Assembly: GCA_963555995.3 (NCBI GenBank)
Contig: OY821641.1
Location: forward strand, 3,456,001 to 3,520,000
Reading direction: 5' to 3'
Source of the DNA: Vicinamibacteria bacterium
GTDB taxonomy: Bacteria > Acidobacteriota > Vicinamibacteria > Marinacidobacterales > Marinacidobacteraceae
Length of the DNA: 64,000 nt
Every line of letters begins with the position of its first letter. Position 1 is the first letter of the stretch. Below, one piece after another: positions 1-11,960 of the stretch. The notes under the pieces are model-generated. The model was given only the letters and a program-made list of their open reading frames with translations, was not told where the DNA came from and made no database searches. The position numbers and the translations under genes were made by a program.

Positions 1-1250
1 TGCTCTACGACAACGCGCTGCTCGTCCCGGTGTATCTCCTCGCCCACCGGATCACCGGGGATTCCCGGCTCGCGGAGGATGCGCGCCGCACTCTCGACTG
101 GATGCAGGGCGAGATGCGGAACCCGGGCGGGGCGTTCCACGCGGCGCTCGACGCCGACTCCGAGGGAGAGGAGGGGCGCTTCTACACCTGGACGTCCGCG
201 GAGGTGGAGGACGTGCTCGGGGAGGACGCCGCGCTCTTCGGTGCCGCCTACGACGTGCGGGAGCGGGGGAACTGGGAAGGCCGGACGATCCTGCGGCGGG
301 TGCTGGACGATGCCGCGCTCGAAGAGCGGTTCGGTGTCCCCGCCGGCCGGGTCGGGTCGGAGCTCACCGCGGCGCGGCAGCGGCTCCTGGCCCGGCGCGG
401 CGGGCGGGTGCGGCCCGGGCTCGACGACAAGGTCCTCCTCTCCTGGAACGCGCTCGCGGTGACGGCGTTCGCGCGGGCGCATCGGGCGCTCGGCGACGAA
501 GCCCATCTCCGCGTGGCGCAGACCGCGGCCCGGTTCCTCCTCGACAACCTGCGCGCCGAAGGCCGCTACTTCGCGGTGTGGAGCCGCGGGGCGGCGAAGG
601 TGCCGGCGATGCTCGAAGACCACGCCTTCTGGCTCCAGGCGCTTCTCGACCTCTTCGAGAGCGATTTCGACGAGGACTGGCTCCGGGCGGCCGAGGAGGT
701 TGCGGGCATTCTGGACGCTCGCTTCGCGGCCCCGGGCGGCGGCTTCTACACCACCGCCGACGACCACGAGGCGCTGCCTGTCCGCACCCGGAGCGGCTAC
801 GACGGCGCCCTGCCGTCCGGCAACGCGGTCGCCGCCGACGCGCTCCTGCGCCTCGCGACCCTCACCGGATCGAAAACGCATCGCGACGCCGCCCGCGCCA
901 CCATCACCGCCTTCTTTGCCCAAGCCGTCGAGAGTCCGACTGGTTTCGCCACGCTGTTGACCGCGGTGCAGCGCTATCTGGCCGAGCCGCGCCAGATCGT
1001 GGTCGTCGGACCGGGTGATGCGGAAGAAACCCGCGACGCGCTCCGGCGGCTCTGGCGCGTCCCCGCCGAGAACGCCGCCGTCCTGCTCGCGGACGTTCGC
1101 GGCGCGCGGGAAAGCGGCCTTCCGGCGTTGCGCGCCGCGCAGGAAGCGGGAGCCGAAGGCGGCGGAGTGTCGTTCCTGCCCTGCCGGGGCGGGGTCTGTT
1201 CGCTCCCGCTGGCGAACGTCGAGGCCGCCTGCGACTACCTGCGGTCGTGA
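1..1250 (+). CDS. Thioredoxin-domain YyaL/SSP411 family protein, 5'-truncated by window edge
   Basis: Frame open from the window start (LYDNALL); motifs DADSEGEEGRFYTW, DDKVLLSWN, DGALPSGN and terminal CxxGVCSLP. Confidence 0.85.
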   Translation, partial: LYDNALLVPVYLLAHRITGDSRLAEDARRTLDWMQGEMRNPGGAFHAALDADSEGEEGRFYTWTSAEVEDVLGEDAALFGAAYDVRERGNWEGRTILRRVLDDAALEERFGVPAGRVGSELTAARQRLLARRGGRVRPGLDDKVLLSWNALAVTAFARAHRALGDEAHLRVAQTAARFLLDNLRAEGRYFAVWSRGAAKVPAMLEDHAFWLQALLDLFESDFDEDWLRAAEEVAGILDARFAAPGGGFYTTADDHEALPVRTRSGYDGALPSGNAVAADALLRLATLTGSKTHRDAARATITAFFAQAVESPTGFATLLTAVQRYLAEPRQIVVVGPGDAEETRDALRRLWRVPAENAAVLLADVRGARESGLPALRAAQEAGAEGGGVSFLPCRGGVCSLPLANVEAACDYLRS

Positions 1251-1290
1251 CGGCCCTCGGGGCCCCACCGGTCCTGAAGATGGCGGGAAC

Positions 1291-1455
1291 GGCTTGGAGC
1301 GCCGGCTTCAGCCGGCACAGCCCGCCGCAGGCGGGCGGCGGGACAGACCTCACTCTCCGGGATGGCTCGGTCGCGCGCGTCCATGCACCCGGGTAGCGAC
1401 GAACGCCAGCGGCCCGGCGGGCCGCTTGTGCCGGCTGAAGCCGGCGGTCCAAGCC
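1291..1455. repeat. REPIN-like element, type A interior
   Basis: Ends GGCTTGGAGCGCCGGCTTCAGCCGGCACA and TGTGCCGGCTGAAGCCGGCGGTCCAAGCC; interior closely similar to 44114-44277 and 61975-62141. Confidence 0.9.
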
Positions 1456-1493
1456 GGCCGCCCCATCAAGGCCCCAAGATCGAGGAATCCCGG

Positions 1494-1973
1494 CTACGGA
1501 TCGTCGCCGTCGGACGCCAGGTGGGCGATCAGATAGCCGAGCGCGACAACTTCGAGCCCGATTCCGGCTCCCATCATCCACTTCGTGGGTGTGTCGAACC
1601 CCTTGCGCTCGCCATCCGGCGTGTAGCACTTGTTGTAGGCAGCAAGCGTGACCCCATCGACGGTCTCCCCCGGCGAAACGGGCGCTGCATTCCGGCAGGG
1701 AATCCAGCGCCACAACGCGGCTCCCACAAACGCCATCACCCCGCTGAGTCCATAGGCGATGGCGCTGCGCTTCTTGTCGCCCGGCCGGATCCGGCCGGTG
1801 GTGATCGTCGAGGTGTTCTGGGCGCGATAGACGCCGCTCGCCGCGGCGATCTCGGCAGCTTCGAGAAGCGAGGGCGGTGTCGCGCTTCGGGCCCCGGCCA
1901 CCGGGAGCGTTCCCGCGTAGAGGGGTGTCGTTACGAGCCCGCAAGCGACTGCGATGGCGATGACTCTCTTCAT
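1494..1973 (-). CDS. Hypothetical exported/membrane protein, paralog of 1982-2458
   Basis: Start reset to MKRVIAIAVACG (signal-peptide-like); shares SLLEAAEIAAASG-YRAQNT, KRSAIA, GAALWR, TPTK and GAGIGLE with its neighbour. Confidence 0.75.
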   Translation of the reverse strand: MKRVIAIAVACGLVTTPLYAGTLPVAGARSATPPSLLEAAEIAAASGVYRAQNTSTITTGRIRPGDKKRSAIAYGLSGVMAFVGAALWRWIPCRNAAPVSPGETVDGVTLAAYNKCYTPDGERKGFDTPTKWMMGAGIGLEVVALGYLIAHLASDGDDP

Positions 1974-1981
1974 TGGAGCGA

Positions 1982-2458
1982 TCACGGGGACGCGGACTGC
2001 GCGTCGTCCTGCTGGCCGTCTTCGCGGAGATGGCGCACCAGGTAGAAGAGAGACACGAATTCGAGGCCGATGCCGGCGCCGAACAGGGCCTTGGTGGGAG
2101 TGCTCCAACCCTTTCGCGAACCGTCCTCTTCGTAGCACTCGGCCTGCGTCTTGAGTCCTTCGCCGAAGTGCCGCGCGTCACCTCCATCGCGGCAGGTCAG
2201 GTTGCGCCAGAGCGCCGCGCCCGTGAAAGCCAGCAAGCCGCTCAGAGCGAAGGCTATGGCGCTGCGCTTGTTGTCGTCCTCCCGGATCCGCCCGGTGGCG
2301 ATTCCGGCGGTGTTCTGGGCGCGATAGGCGCCGCTCGCGGCCGCAATCTCAGCCGCCTCCAGGAGGGAGGCGGACGCGGGCCGAGCCGCGGCCGCGTTCG
2401 CGTACAGCGGCATCAGCACCAAGCCGTACGCGGTCAGAAGGGCGATGAATCGCTTCAT
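1982..2458 (-). CDS. Hypothetical exported/membrane protein, paralog of 1494-1973
   Basis: Signal-peptide-like N-terminus, two hydrophobic segments, GGAG upstream, tandem paralogy. Confidence 0.75.
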   Translation of the reverse strand: MKRFIALLTAYGLVLMPLYANAAAARPASASLLEAAEIAAASGAYRAQNTAGIATGRIREDDNKRSAIAFALSGLLAFTGAALWRNLTCRDGGDARHFGEGLKTQAECYEEDGSRKGWSTPTKALFGAGIGLEFVSLFYLVRHLREDGQQDDAQSASP

Positions 2459-2493
2459 GTCGAAACTCCCGGTTTGGGCGCGAAGATGGGGCG

Positions 2494-3003
2494 TCAGTTC
2501 CGGATGCGGACGATCACGTTGCCCGCGATCACGGTCTCGCCGCTGCGCTGGAGCCGGAGCCAGACGCGGTAGGTGCCCGGCAGCGAGAAGCGGTGGCTGC
2601 CGAAGAAGAAGGTCTCGATTTCGGAGCCCTCTTCGTAGGGGTCGCAGTCCGGCTCGTACACGGATTCCGTGTCGTCGTCCCAGTCCCAGACCTCTTCGAG
2701 GCAGTAGTAGTCCTCGAGGTTCTCCGCGGTGTCCAGATCCTCGAGGCGGGCGCTGACCTCGACATCGAGGGACGGCCGGCGCATCTCGCCCGGCATGCGG
2801 GGGCGGAGAAACAACTGCCGGGGCGCCCGCAGCGTCAGCTTCGGCTCCGCCGCCGCCTCTTCGGAGGCGTCGCCGACCGCTGGCGCCGCTTCCACCTCGG
2901 CGCCCCGGGCTCCGCCGCCGGCAAGCGTGGCGGGCAACAACACGCCGGCAAGGAACCCGGCGAGCGCGACCGGAAGTCCGCGCGAAGCCCGAATGCGCAT
3001 CAA
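2494..3003 (-). CDS. Hypothetical secreted protein with PKD/Ig-like beta domain
   Basis: Hydrophobic N-terminus; WDWDD...HRFSLPGTYRVWLRL resembles the PKD pattern. Confidence 0.6.
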   Translation of the reverse strand: MMRIRASRGLPVALAGFLAGVLLPATLAGGGARGAEVEAAPAVGDASEEAAAEPKLTLRAPRQLFLRPRMPGEMRRPSLDVEVSARLEDLDTAENLEDYYCLEEVWDWDDDTESVYEPDCDPYEEGSEIETFFFGSHRFSLPGTYRVWLRLQRSGETVIAGNVIVRIRN

Positions 3004-3012
3004 CGGCGCATT

Positions 3013-3444
3013 CTAAGACTTGCCAGCGGTGTCCGCCTCTGCCTCCGCCGCCCGGAGCCGCGCCTCGGCGCGCGCCACCGCCTGCTGCGCCTGCTCGACG
3101 TCGTAGGCGGCGCCGAACTCCTCGAGCCGGGCCTTCGCCCGGTTCAGCGCGCTCTCGGCCCGTTCCAGGTCAATGTCCTGCGGACGTTCCGCGGTTTCGG
3201 CGAGCACCGTCACGGTGTCGTCCAGGACTTCGAGGAACCCCCAGTGCACGGCGAGGAAGTGCTCCTCTTCGCCCTGGCGGTACTGAAGCTGGCCGCTGCG
3301 GATCTGGTAGAGGAGTGGGGCGTGCCCCGGCAGGATGCCCACGTAGCCGAAGACCGCCGGGGCCTCCACGTAGTCCACGTCGTCGCGGAACACCACCCCG
3401 CCGGGGGTGATGACCTCGAGGCGCAGGCGCGAAGGCGTGCTCAT
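3013..3444 (-). CDS. atpC: ATP synthase F1 epsilon
   Basis: LEVITP, GILPGHAPL, GFLEV, DIDLERAE; follows atpD. Confidence 0.96.
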   Translation of the reverse strand: MSTPSRLRLEVITPGGVVFRDDVDYVEAPAVFGYVGILPGHAPLLYQIRSGQLQYRQGEEEHFLAVHWGFLEVLDDTVTVLAETAERPQDIDLERAESALNRAKARLEEFGAAYDVEQAQQAVARAEARLRAAEAEADTAGKS

Positions 3445-3459
3445 GGTCCGCCGGACCCG

Positions 3460-7372
<3,913 letters not shown>

Positions 7373-7415
7373 GGGTCTTCCTGTAAAGTGTTGATTCCGG
7401 GCGGTTTATATAGAA

Positions 7416-7961
7416 TCAGGCTCCGTATTTCTCCTCGAACCGGGCGAGCTGGCGGCTGACGCTGGCGTCGTAGATGCGGTTCCCGACGCGGATGACGAAC
7501 CCGCCGAGCAGCTCCGGATCCTCGCGGAAGTGCAGCCGGGGAGTTCCCGAAAAGGCGGATGCCAGCGCCGTCCGGAGGCTGGCCCGGTCGCGGTCGTCCA
7601 GGGGGCGCGCTGACACCACGTCCGCTTCGACGATCCCCCGATGCTCGTCCAGCGCCGCCCGAAACGCCACCGCGGTCTCCGCCAGGTGGGCGGATCGCTC
7701 CCGGGCCACCATGACCGCGACGAACCTGCCCAGAGCGGAGTCCGGCAGGATGCGGTCGGCGACGGCCTTCGCCAACGCCGCGCGCCGCTGCCGCGCGATC
7801 GCCGGGGAGGTCAGCGTCTTCGAGAGTTCCGGGGAGCGTTCAAGCAACGCCGCAAACTCCTCGAGACCTCCCGCGAGCAGCTCCAGATGCTCCTCGCCGC
7901 CGGTCTCGACCACCGTGTCCAGCAGGACGCGCGCGTAGTGGCGGGCCACGTCGCTGGACAT
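7416..7961 (-). CDS. atpH: ATP synthase delta
   Basis: VARHYA, DPELLGGFVIRVGNRIYDASV; position in operon. Confidence 0.93.
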   Translation of the reverse strand: MSSDVARHYARVLLDTVVETGGEEHLELLAGGLEEFAALLERSPELSKTLTSPAIARQRRAALAKAVADRILPDSALGRFVAVMVARERSAHLAETAVAFRAALDEHRGIVEADVVSARPLDDRDRASLRTALASAFSGTPRLHFREDPELLGGFVIRVGNRIYDASVSRQLARFEEKYGA

Positions 7962-7979
7962 TGCCGGTGCGCCTCCCGA

Positions 7980-8537
7980 TCAGTCGCGGCGAATCGCCGT
8001 CATCCCGGCGTTGATCAGGCGCCGATGGTCTTCCTCGGACATGGCGCCGCGGAGCCGCGTCCGCGCGACCTCCACGGCCGCCCGCGCCGCTCCGGCGGCG
8101 AGGCGGCGCTCCGCCACCCGTACTTCCTGGTCCAGTTCGGCCTGGGCGGCGGCGCCGATCTTCCGGGCCTGTTCCTCGGCTGCCGTCACGATGCGCCGGC
8201 CCTCGGCGGTCGCGGCTTCGGTGATCCGCTGCCGGGCCGCTTCCACCTCGCTGTCCAGGGTGCGAAACCGTTCGGTCGCTCGCTCGGCGGCCCGGGCGGC
8301 CTCCTCGCGATCGGCCCGCGCGGCGGCGAGTTGCTCCCGGATCTGGAGCGCCCGCGCCTCAAGGTAGCTCGCGATCGGCTTGCGAAGAGCGAGGACCAGA
8401 ATCGTCGCGAGGATCGTGAAGTTGACGATCTTCGGGAGATTCGAAGCCCCCTCCTCGGCAGCGAACGCCGGTACCGCCGTGGCGGCGAGCATCGTGCCGG
8501 CGAAGACGGCGGCTCGGAGCGGCGGCCGTACCCGCAT
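7980..8537 (-). CDS. atpF: ATP synthase Fo subunit b (alternative start 8579)
   Basis: TM segment KIVNFTILATILVLALRKP followed by an Ala/Glu/Arg coiled coil; AGGAG before the ATG at 8537. Confidence 0.85.
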   Translation of the reverse strand: MRVRPPLRAAVFAGTMLAATAVPAFAAEEGASNLPKIVNFTILATILVLALRKPIASYLEARALQIREQLAAARADREEAARAAERATERFRTLDSEVEAARQRITEAATAEGRRIVTAAEEQARKIGAAAQAELDQEVRVAERRLAAGAARAAVEVARTRLRGAMSEEDHRRLINAGMTAIRRD

Positions 8538-8575
8538 GGCTCCTGCTCCCGGAAAGACGCGCAGTCGGAACCGCT

Positions 8576-9004
8576 TCATGAAGCGCGGCGCAGGACCCGG
8601 GCGGTCAAGTCGTTCGCCAGGCTCTCGGCGGCCGTTTCGAGTTCGGAGGCCGCCCGCGTGGTCGCTTCCCGGAGCGAATTCCGGCCCGCCCGGAGCGTCG
8701 CCTCCGCCGCTTCGCGCGCCGCCAGCAACGTGGCGTCGGCGCGCTCGCTGGCCTCGCGGCGAATCCGGTCCATCTCCCGGTAACCCTCCTCGCGCACGGC
8801 GGCTACCGCATCCGCGACCCGGGTCTCCGCGGCCAGGGCCTCGGCCTCCGCGTCTTCCCGCACCTGACGGGCGCCGCCGACCTGCGTCTCCCTGGCTTCC
8901 ATCGCGCGCGCCAGCGGTTCGAAGAACTGCCGCTTCAGGACGAGTGTCAGGCACACGACGATCACCGACACGATCAGGGCGGTCAGGTCAGGAATGATGG
9001 TCAC
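8576..9004 (-). CDS. ATP synthase Fo subunit b'
   Basis: N-terminal TM, FFEPL...MEARE, coiled coil; first gene of the atp cluster. Confidence 0.85.
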   Translation of the reverse strand: MTIIPDLTALIVSVIVVCLTLVLKRQFFEPLARAMEARETQVGGARQVREDAEAEALAAETRVADAVAAVREEGYREMDRIRREASERADATLLAAREAAEATLRAGRNSLREATTRAASELETAAESLANDLTARVLRRAS

Positions 9005-9184
9005 GAAACCTATGGCCTATCGAGGGCAACGAGAGTCGGCGGCCCCACCAGAAAGCGGGAAGACACCAGTCGGGAAACCGAGGGCAGCCGGATGCGCGCG
9101 GTCAGCGAACTGACCCGCCACGGACGGCGGGAAGGCTATCACCCGACACCGGGGTTGCCAAGAAATCCGGCGCCCCGACAACCG

Positions 9185-9613
9185 TCAGGCGCTCGCGGTA
9201 TCGGGTTCGCCTGCTGGCGGCGCCGGAGCCGGGTTGGCCGCCGCCCGGGACGGCGAGCGCTGGTAATCGCGGTGGATCTGGAAGTGGGCGCCGTCGGCGT
9301 CGCTCGTGGCTTCCAGGGTCAGGTTGGCGGCCTGGACCGCCACACCCGCGATGGATCCTCCGGAGTGCACGATGACGTCCTGCGCCGCGATCTCGCCGCT
9401 CACCCGGCCTCCGCCTTCGACGACGACGCGCTGGGCGTAGATCCGGCCGTCGAAGTTCCCGGAGGTCCCCACCGAAACCTCGTCCTCGGAGTGGATTTCT
9501 CCAACGAACTCCCCGTTCACGTTGAACGGGCCCGGCGCGTTCAGTCGGCCCGACAGACGCGACCCGGATCCGACGTATCCGCTATGGGCGTCCCGCGATG
9601 GGTCTCGTGCCAT
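9185..9613 (-). CDS. Bactofilin (polymer-forming cytoskeletal protein)
   Basis: Beta-helix repeats VNGEFVGEI, FDGRIYA, VSGEIAA; begins 4 nt after the parB stop. Confidence 0.8.
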   Translation of the reverse strand: MARDPSRDAHSGYVGSGSRLSGRLNAPGPFNVNGEFVGEIHSEDEVSVGTSGNFDGRIYAQRVVVEGGGRVSGEIAAQDVIVHSGGSIAGVAVQAANLTLEATSDADGAHFQIHRDYQRSPSRAAANPAPAPPAGEPDTASA

Positions 9614-9617
9614 CGTT

Positions 9618-10478
9618 CTATTCGCTCACTTCCCGTTCACTGGTCAACACGACGAAGATGCGGTGAAGGTCATCCTCGGAGAAAAATTGTATCTGGACGG
9701 CGCCACCCTTGCCACGCCGGCGGATCTGGACCGGGAACCCGACCGCCCGCCGCATCCGCTCCTGCGCGTCGCGGGTGTTCGGATCCAGGCCGGAGGGCCG
9801 GGACCGCTTCGGCTGACCGGGCCCGCCGCCCTCCCGGGCCTGCTTGACGCGGCGTTCGACCTCGCGAACCGAAAGATCGCCCCGGATGATTTCTTCGGCG
9901 AGTTGCGCCTGGGTCGCGGCGTCGAGGGGCACGAGCGCCCGGCCCGCCGCCGCGCGCAGCTTCCCCGTCTCCACCAGGCGCCTTACCTGGGGCGTCAACT
10001 CCAGGAGCCGCAGCGTGTTGGTTACCGCGGTGCGGCTTCGCCCGACCTCCGCGGCGATGGCGCCGTGGGTCATTCCTCCCGCATCGGCGAGCCGGCGAAA
10101 GGCGAGTGCCTCCTCGACCGGGTTGAGATCCTCCCGTTGCAGGTTCTCGATCAGCGCCAGCAGCCCGACATCCTCGTCGGAGGTCTCACGAACCACGACC
10201 GGAACGCGCTCGAGCCCCGCCAGGCGGGCGGCGCGCCAACGGCGCTCGCCGGCGATGATCTGGAATCTCCCGGCCTGCGGCCGGACCACGATCGGTTCGA
10301 TGACGCCGCGGGCGGCAATGGAGGCCGTGAGTCCCGCCAGGTCCTCCTCGGCGATCTGCGAGCGCGGCTGCGCGGGATTCGGCGCCAGCTTCCCGACCGG
10401 CACCGAACGGGGTCCGTCGGTCGGCGCCGCCGACGGAAGCAGGGCGTCGAGGCCGCGCCCCAGACCACGTCGCTTCAC
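9618..10478 (-). CDS. parB: Chromosome partitioning protein ParB
   Basis: RGLGRGLDALL, IIAGERRWRAA, ENLQREDL, HTH. Confidence 0.97.
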   Translation of the reverse strand: MKRRGLGRGLDALLPSAAPTDGPRSVPVGKLAPNPAQPRSQIAEEDLAGLTASIAARGVIEPIVVRPQAGRFQIIAGERRWRAARLAGLERVPVVVRETSDEDVGLLALIENLQREDLNPVEEALAFRRLADAGGMTHGAIAAEVGRSRTAVTNTLRLLELTPQVRRLVETGKLRAAAGRALVPLDAATQAQLAEEIIRGDLSVREVERRVKQAREGGGPGQPKRSRPSGLDPNTRDAQERMRRAVGFPVQIRRRGKGGAVQIQFFSEDDLHRIFVVLTSEREVSE

Positions 10479-11251
10479 CGGGAAAGAACCTCCCGCGCCA
10501 GGTCCGCGTAGGCGACCGCCACCTTCGACCGCGGATCGTAGATCTGCAGCGGGACCCCGTAGGAGGGCGCCTCGGCGGCCCGGACCGATCGCGGAACGAT
10601 GGAGTCGAACACCCGGTCCCCCAGCTTGGCCTGCACCTCGGCGATCACGTCCCGCGCGAGGTTGGTGCGCCGGTCAACCATGGTGAACAGGACCCCGAGC
10701 AGATCGAGGCCCGGGTTCCAGGAGCGCCCGATTCGGGTGACGGTGTCGAGCAGCCGCGAAAGCCCCTGCATCGCGAAGAACTCGCATTGCATGGGAACCA
10801 GAACGGCGGTGGCGGCCACGAGTGCGTTGACGGTCAGCAGTCCGAGGGACGGAGGACAGTCCAACAGGACGAATTCGGCGTCCGGATCGTCCCGGGCGAA
10901 GTCCGCGAGACTTCCGCGGAGCCGGAGCGCCCGGCGCCGGGGGTCCGGATCGTCGGCCGCGATCTGCAGGTCGGCGGCTGCCAGCGACGGATCGGAAGGA
11001 CACGCGATCAGATTCGGAACGTCGGTGTCCACAACGGCCCGGCCGAGCGGTTCCCGGTCCACGAGCACGTCATAGGCGCTGTATCCGTCCTCGGCGATCT
11101 GGAGCCCGAGACTGGTGGTGAGGTTGCTCTGAGGATCCAGGTCCACGACCAGGCAGCGATGCCCGCCCATCGCGAGAGCCGCACCCAGGTTCACCGTGGT
11201 GGTGGTCTTGCCAACCCCCCCCTTCTGGTTGACGACCGCCAGAATCCTCAT
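10475..11251 (-). CDS. parA: Chromosome partitioning ATPase ParA/Soj
   Basis: Start reset to MRILAVVNQKGGVGKTT; DLDPQ, DCPPSLG, EAPSYG. Confidence 0.97.
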   Translation of the reverse strand: MRILAVVNQKGGVGKTTTTVNLGAALAMGGHRCLVVDLDPQSNLTTSLGLQIAEDGYSAYDVLVDREPLGRAVVDTDVPNLIACPSDPSLAAADLQIAADDPDPRRRALRLRGSLADFARDDPDAEFVLLDCPPSLGLLTVNALVAATAVLVPMQCEFFAMQGLSRLLDTVTRIGRSWNPGLDLLGVLFTMVDRRTNLARDVIAEVQAKLGDRVFDSIVPRSVRAAEAPSYGVPLQIYDPRSKVAVAYADLAREVLSR

Positions 11252-11296
11252 CTGGAGAATCCCGAGACTACCACGGGGGTCCCGCTGGTTGCCGGG

Positions 11297-11312
11297 TGTT
11301 TCACGTGAAACA
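11297..11312. promoter_or_regulatory. parS centromere site
   Basis: Perfect palindrome TGTTTCACGTGAAACA matching the established parS consensus, upstream of parA. Confidence 0.95.
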
Positions 11313-11960
11313 ACGGGGCGTTCCTTGCGATGCCGTACGGGGCCGTCCGATCCAGACAATTCCCCGTTCCGCGGGGACGAACTCCTCTTCAAAGAGGCCG
11401 GTATCGAGCGCCGCGCGCTCCCGGGCGGGACGGGAGGTCGGCCAGATCACCGACGCCCCGGCGGACATTCCGGCCGCGAGCATGGTCCACTCGCCAGCCT
11501 GCAGCTTCACCGCACGCATGGTCACGGCCGCAACGCGCGCGAGCTCGGACGTTCCGGTTTCAGATCTCAAAAACTCCTTGAGTCTTTGCCTGACGACGCG
11601 AACGCGCGGGCTCAGACCGAGCCTGTCGGTGGCCATCTCCAGGAAGGCGGCGGAGACCTGCCGCGGCTCCAGCAGGATCCAGTCGCCGTCACAGGCGATC
11701 GCGAGCGGCAGCGCCGGGGTTCCGCCTCCGCTCCCGATATCGAGGAAAGGACCGCGTTCCGGCAGCAGGCGGCCGAGGAGCAGCGCCTCCCGAAAGTAGT
11801 GGCGCGCGAGGTCTTCCGGGGAGCGAAAACCCACGATGCCCGCTCCCTTCCAGGCGCGCAGCATCTGGAAGAGGCGCGCGAACTGCTCCCGCACCGCCGG
11901 AGGAACCGGCGGCAGGGCGCCGACCAGCGCGTCGTCCAACGGACCCGTGCCCTCGCTCAC
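11301..11960 (-). CDS. rsmG: 16S rRNA m7G527 methyltransferase RsmG/GidB
   Basis: GTG start overlaps the yidC stop; LDIGSGGGTP SAM motif, HYFREAL, VTMRAV; upstream of parA. Confidence 0.85.
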   Translation of the reverse strand: MSEGTGPLDDALVGALPPVPPAVREQFARLFQMLRAWKGAGIVGFRSPEDLARHYFREALLLGRLLPERGPFLDIGSGGGTPALPLAIACDGDWILLEPRQVSAAFLEMATDRLGLSPRVRVVRQRLKEFLRSETGTSELARVAAVTMRAVKLQAGEWTMLAAGMSAGASVIWPTSRPARERAALDTGLFEEEFVPAERGIVWIGRPRTASQGTPRCFT

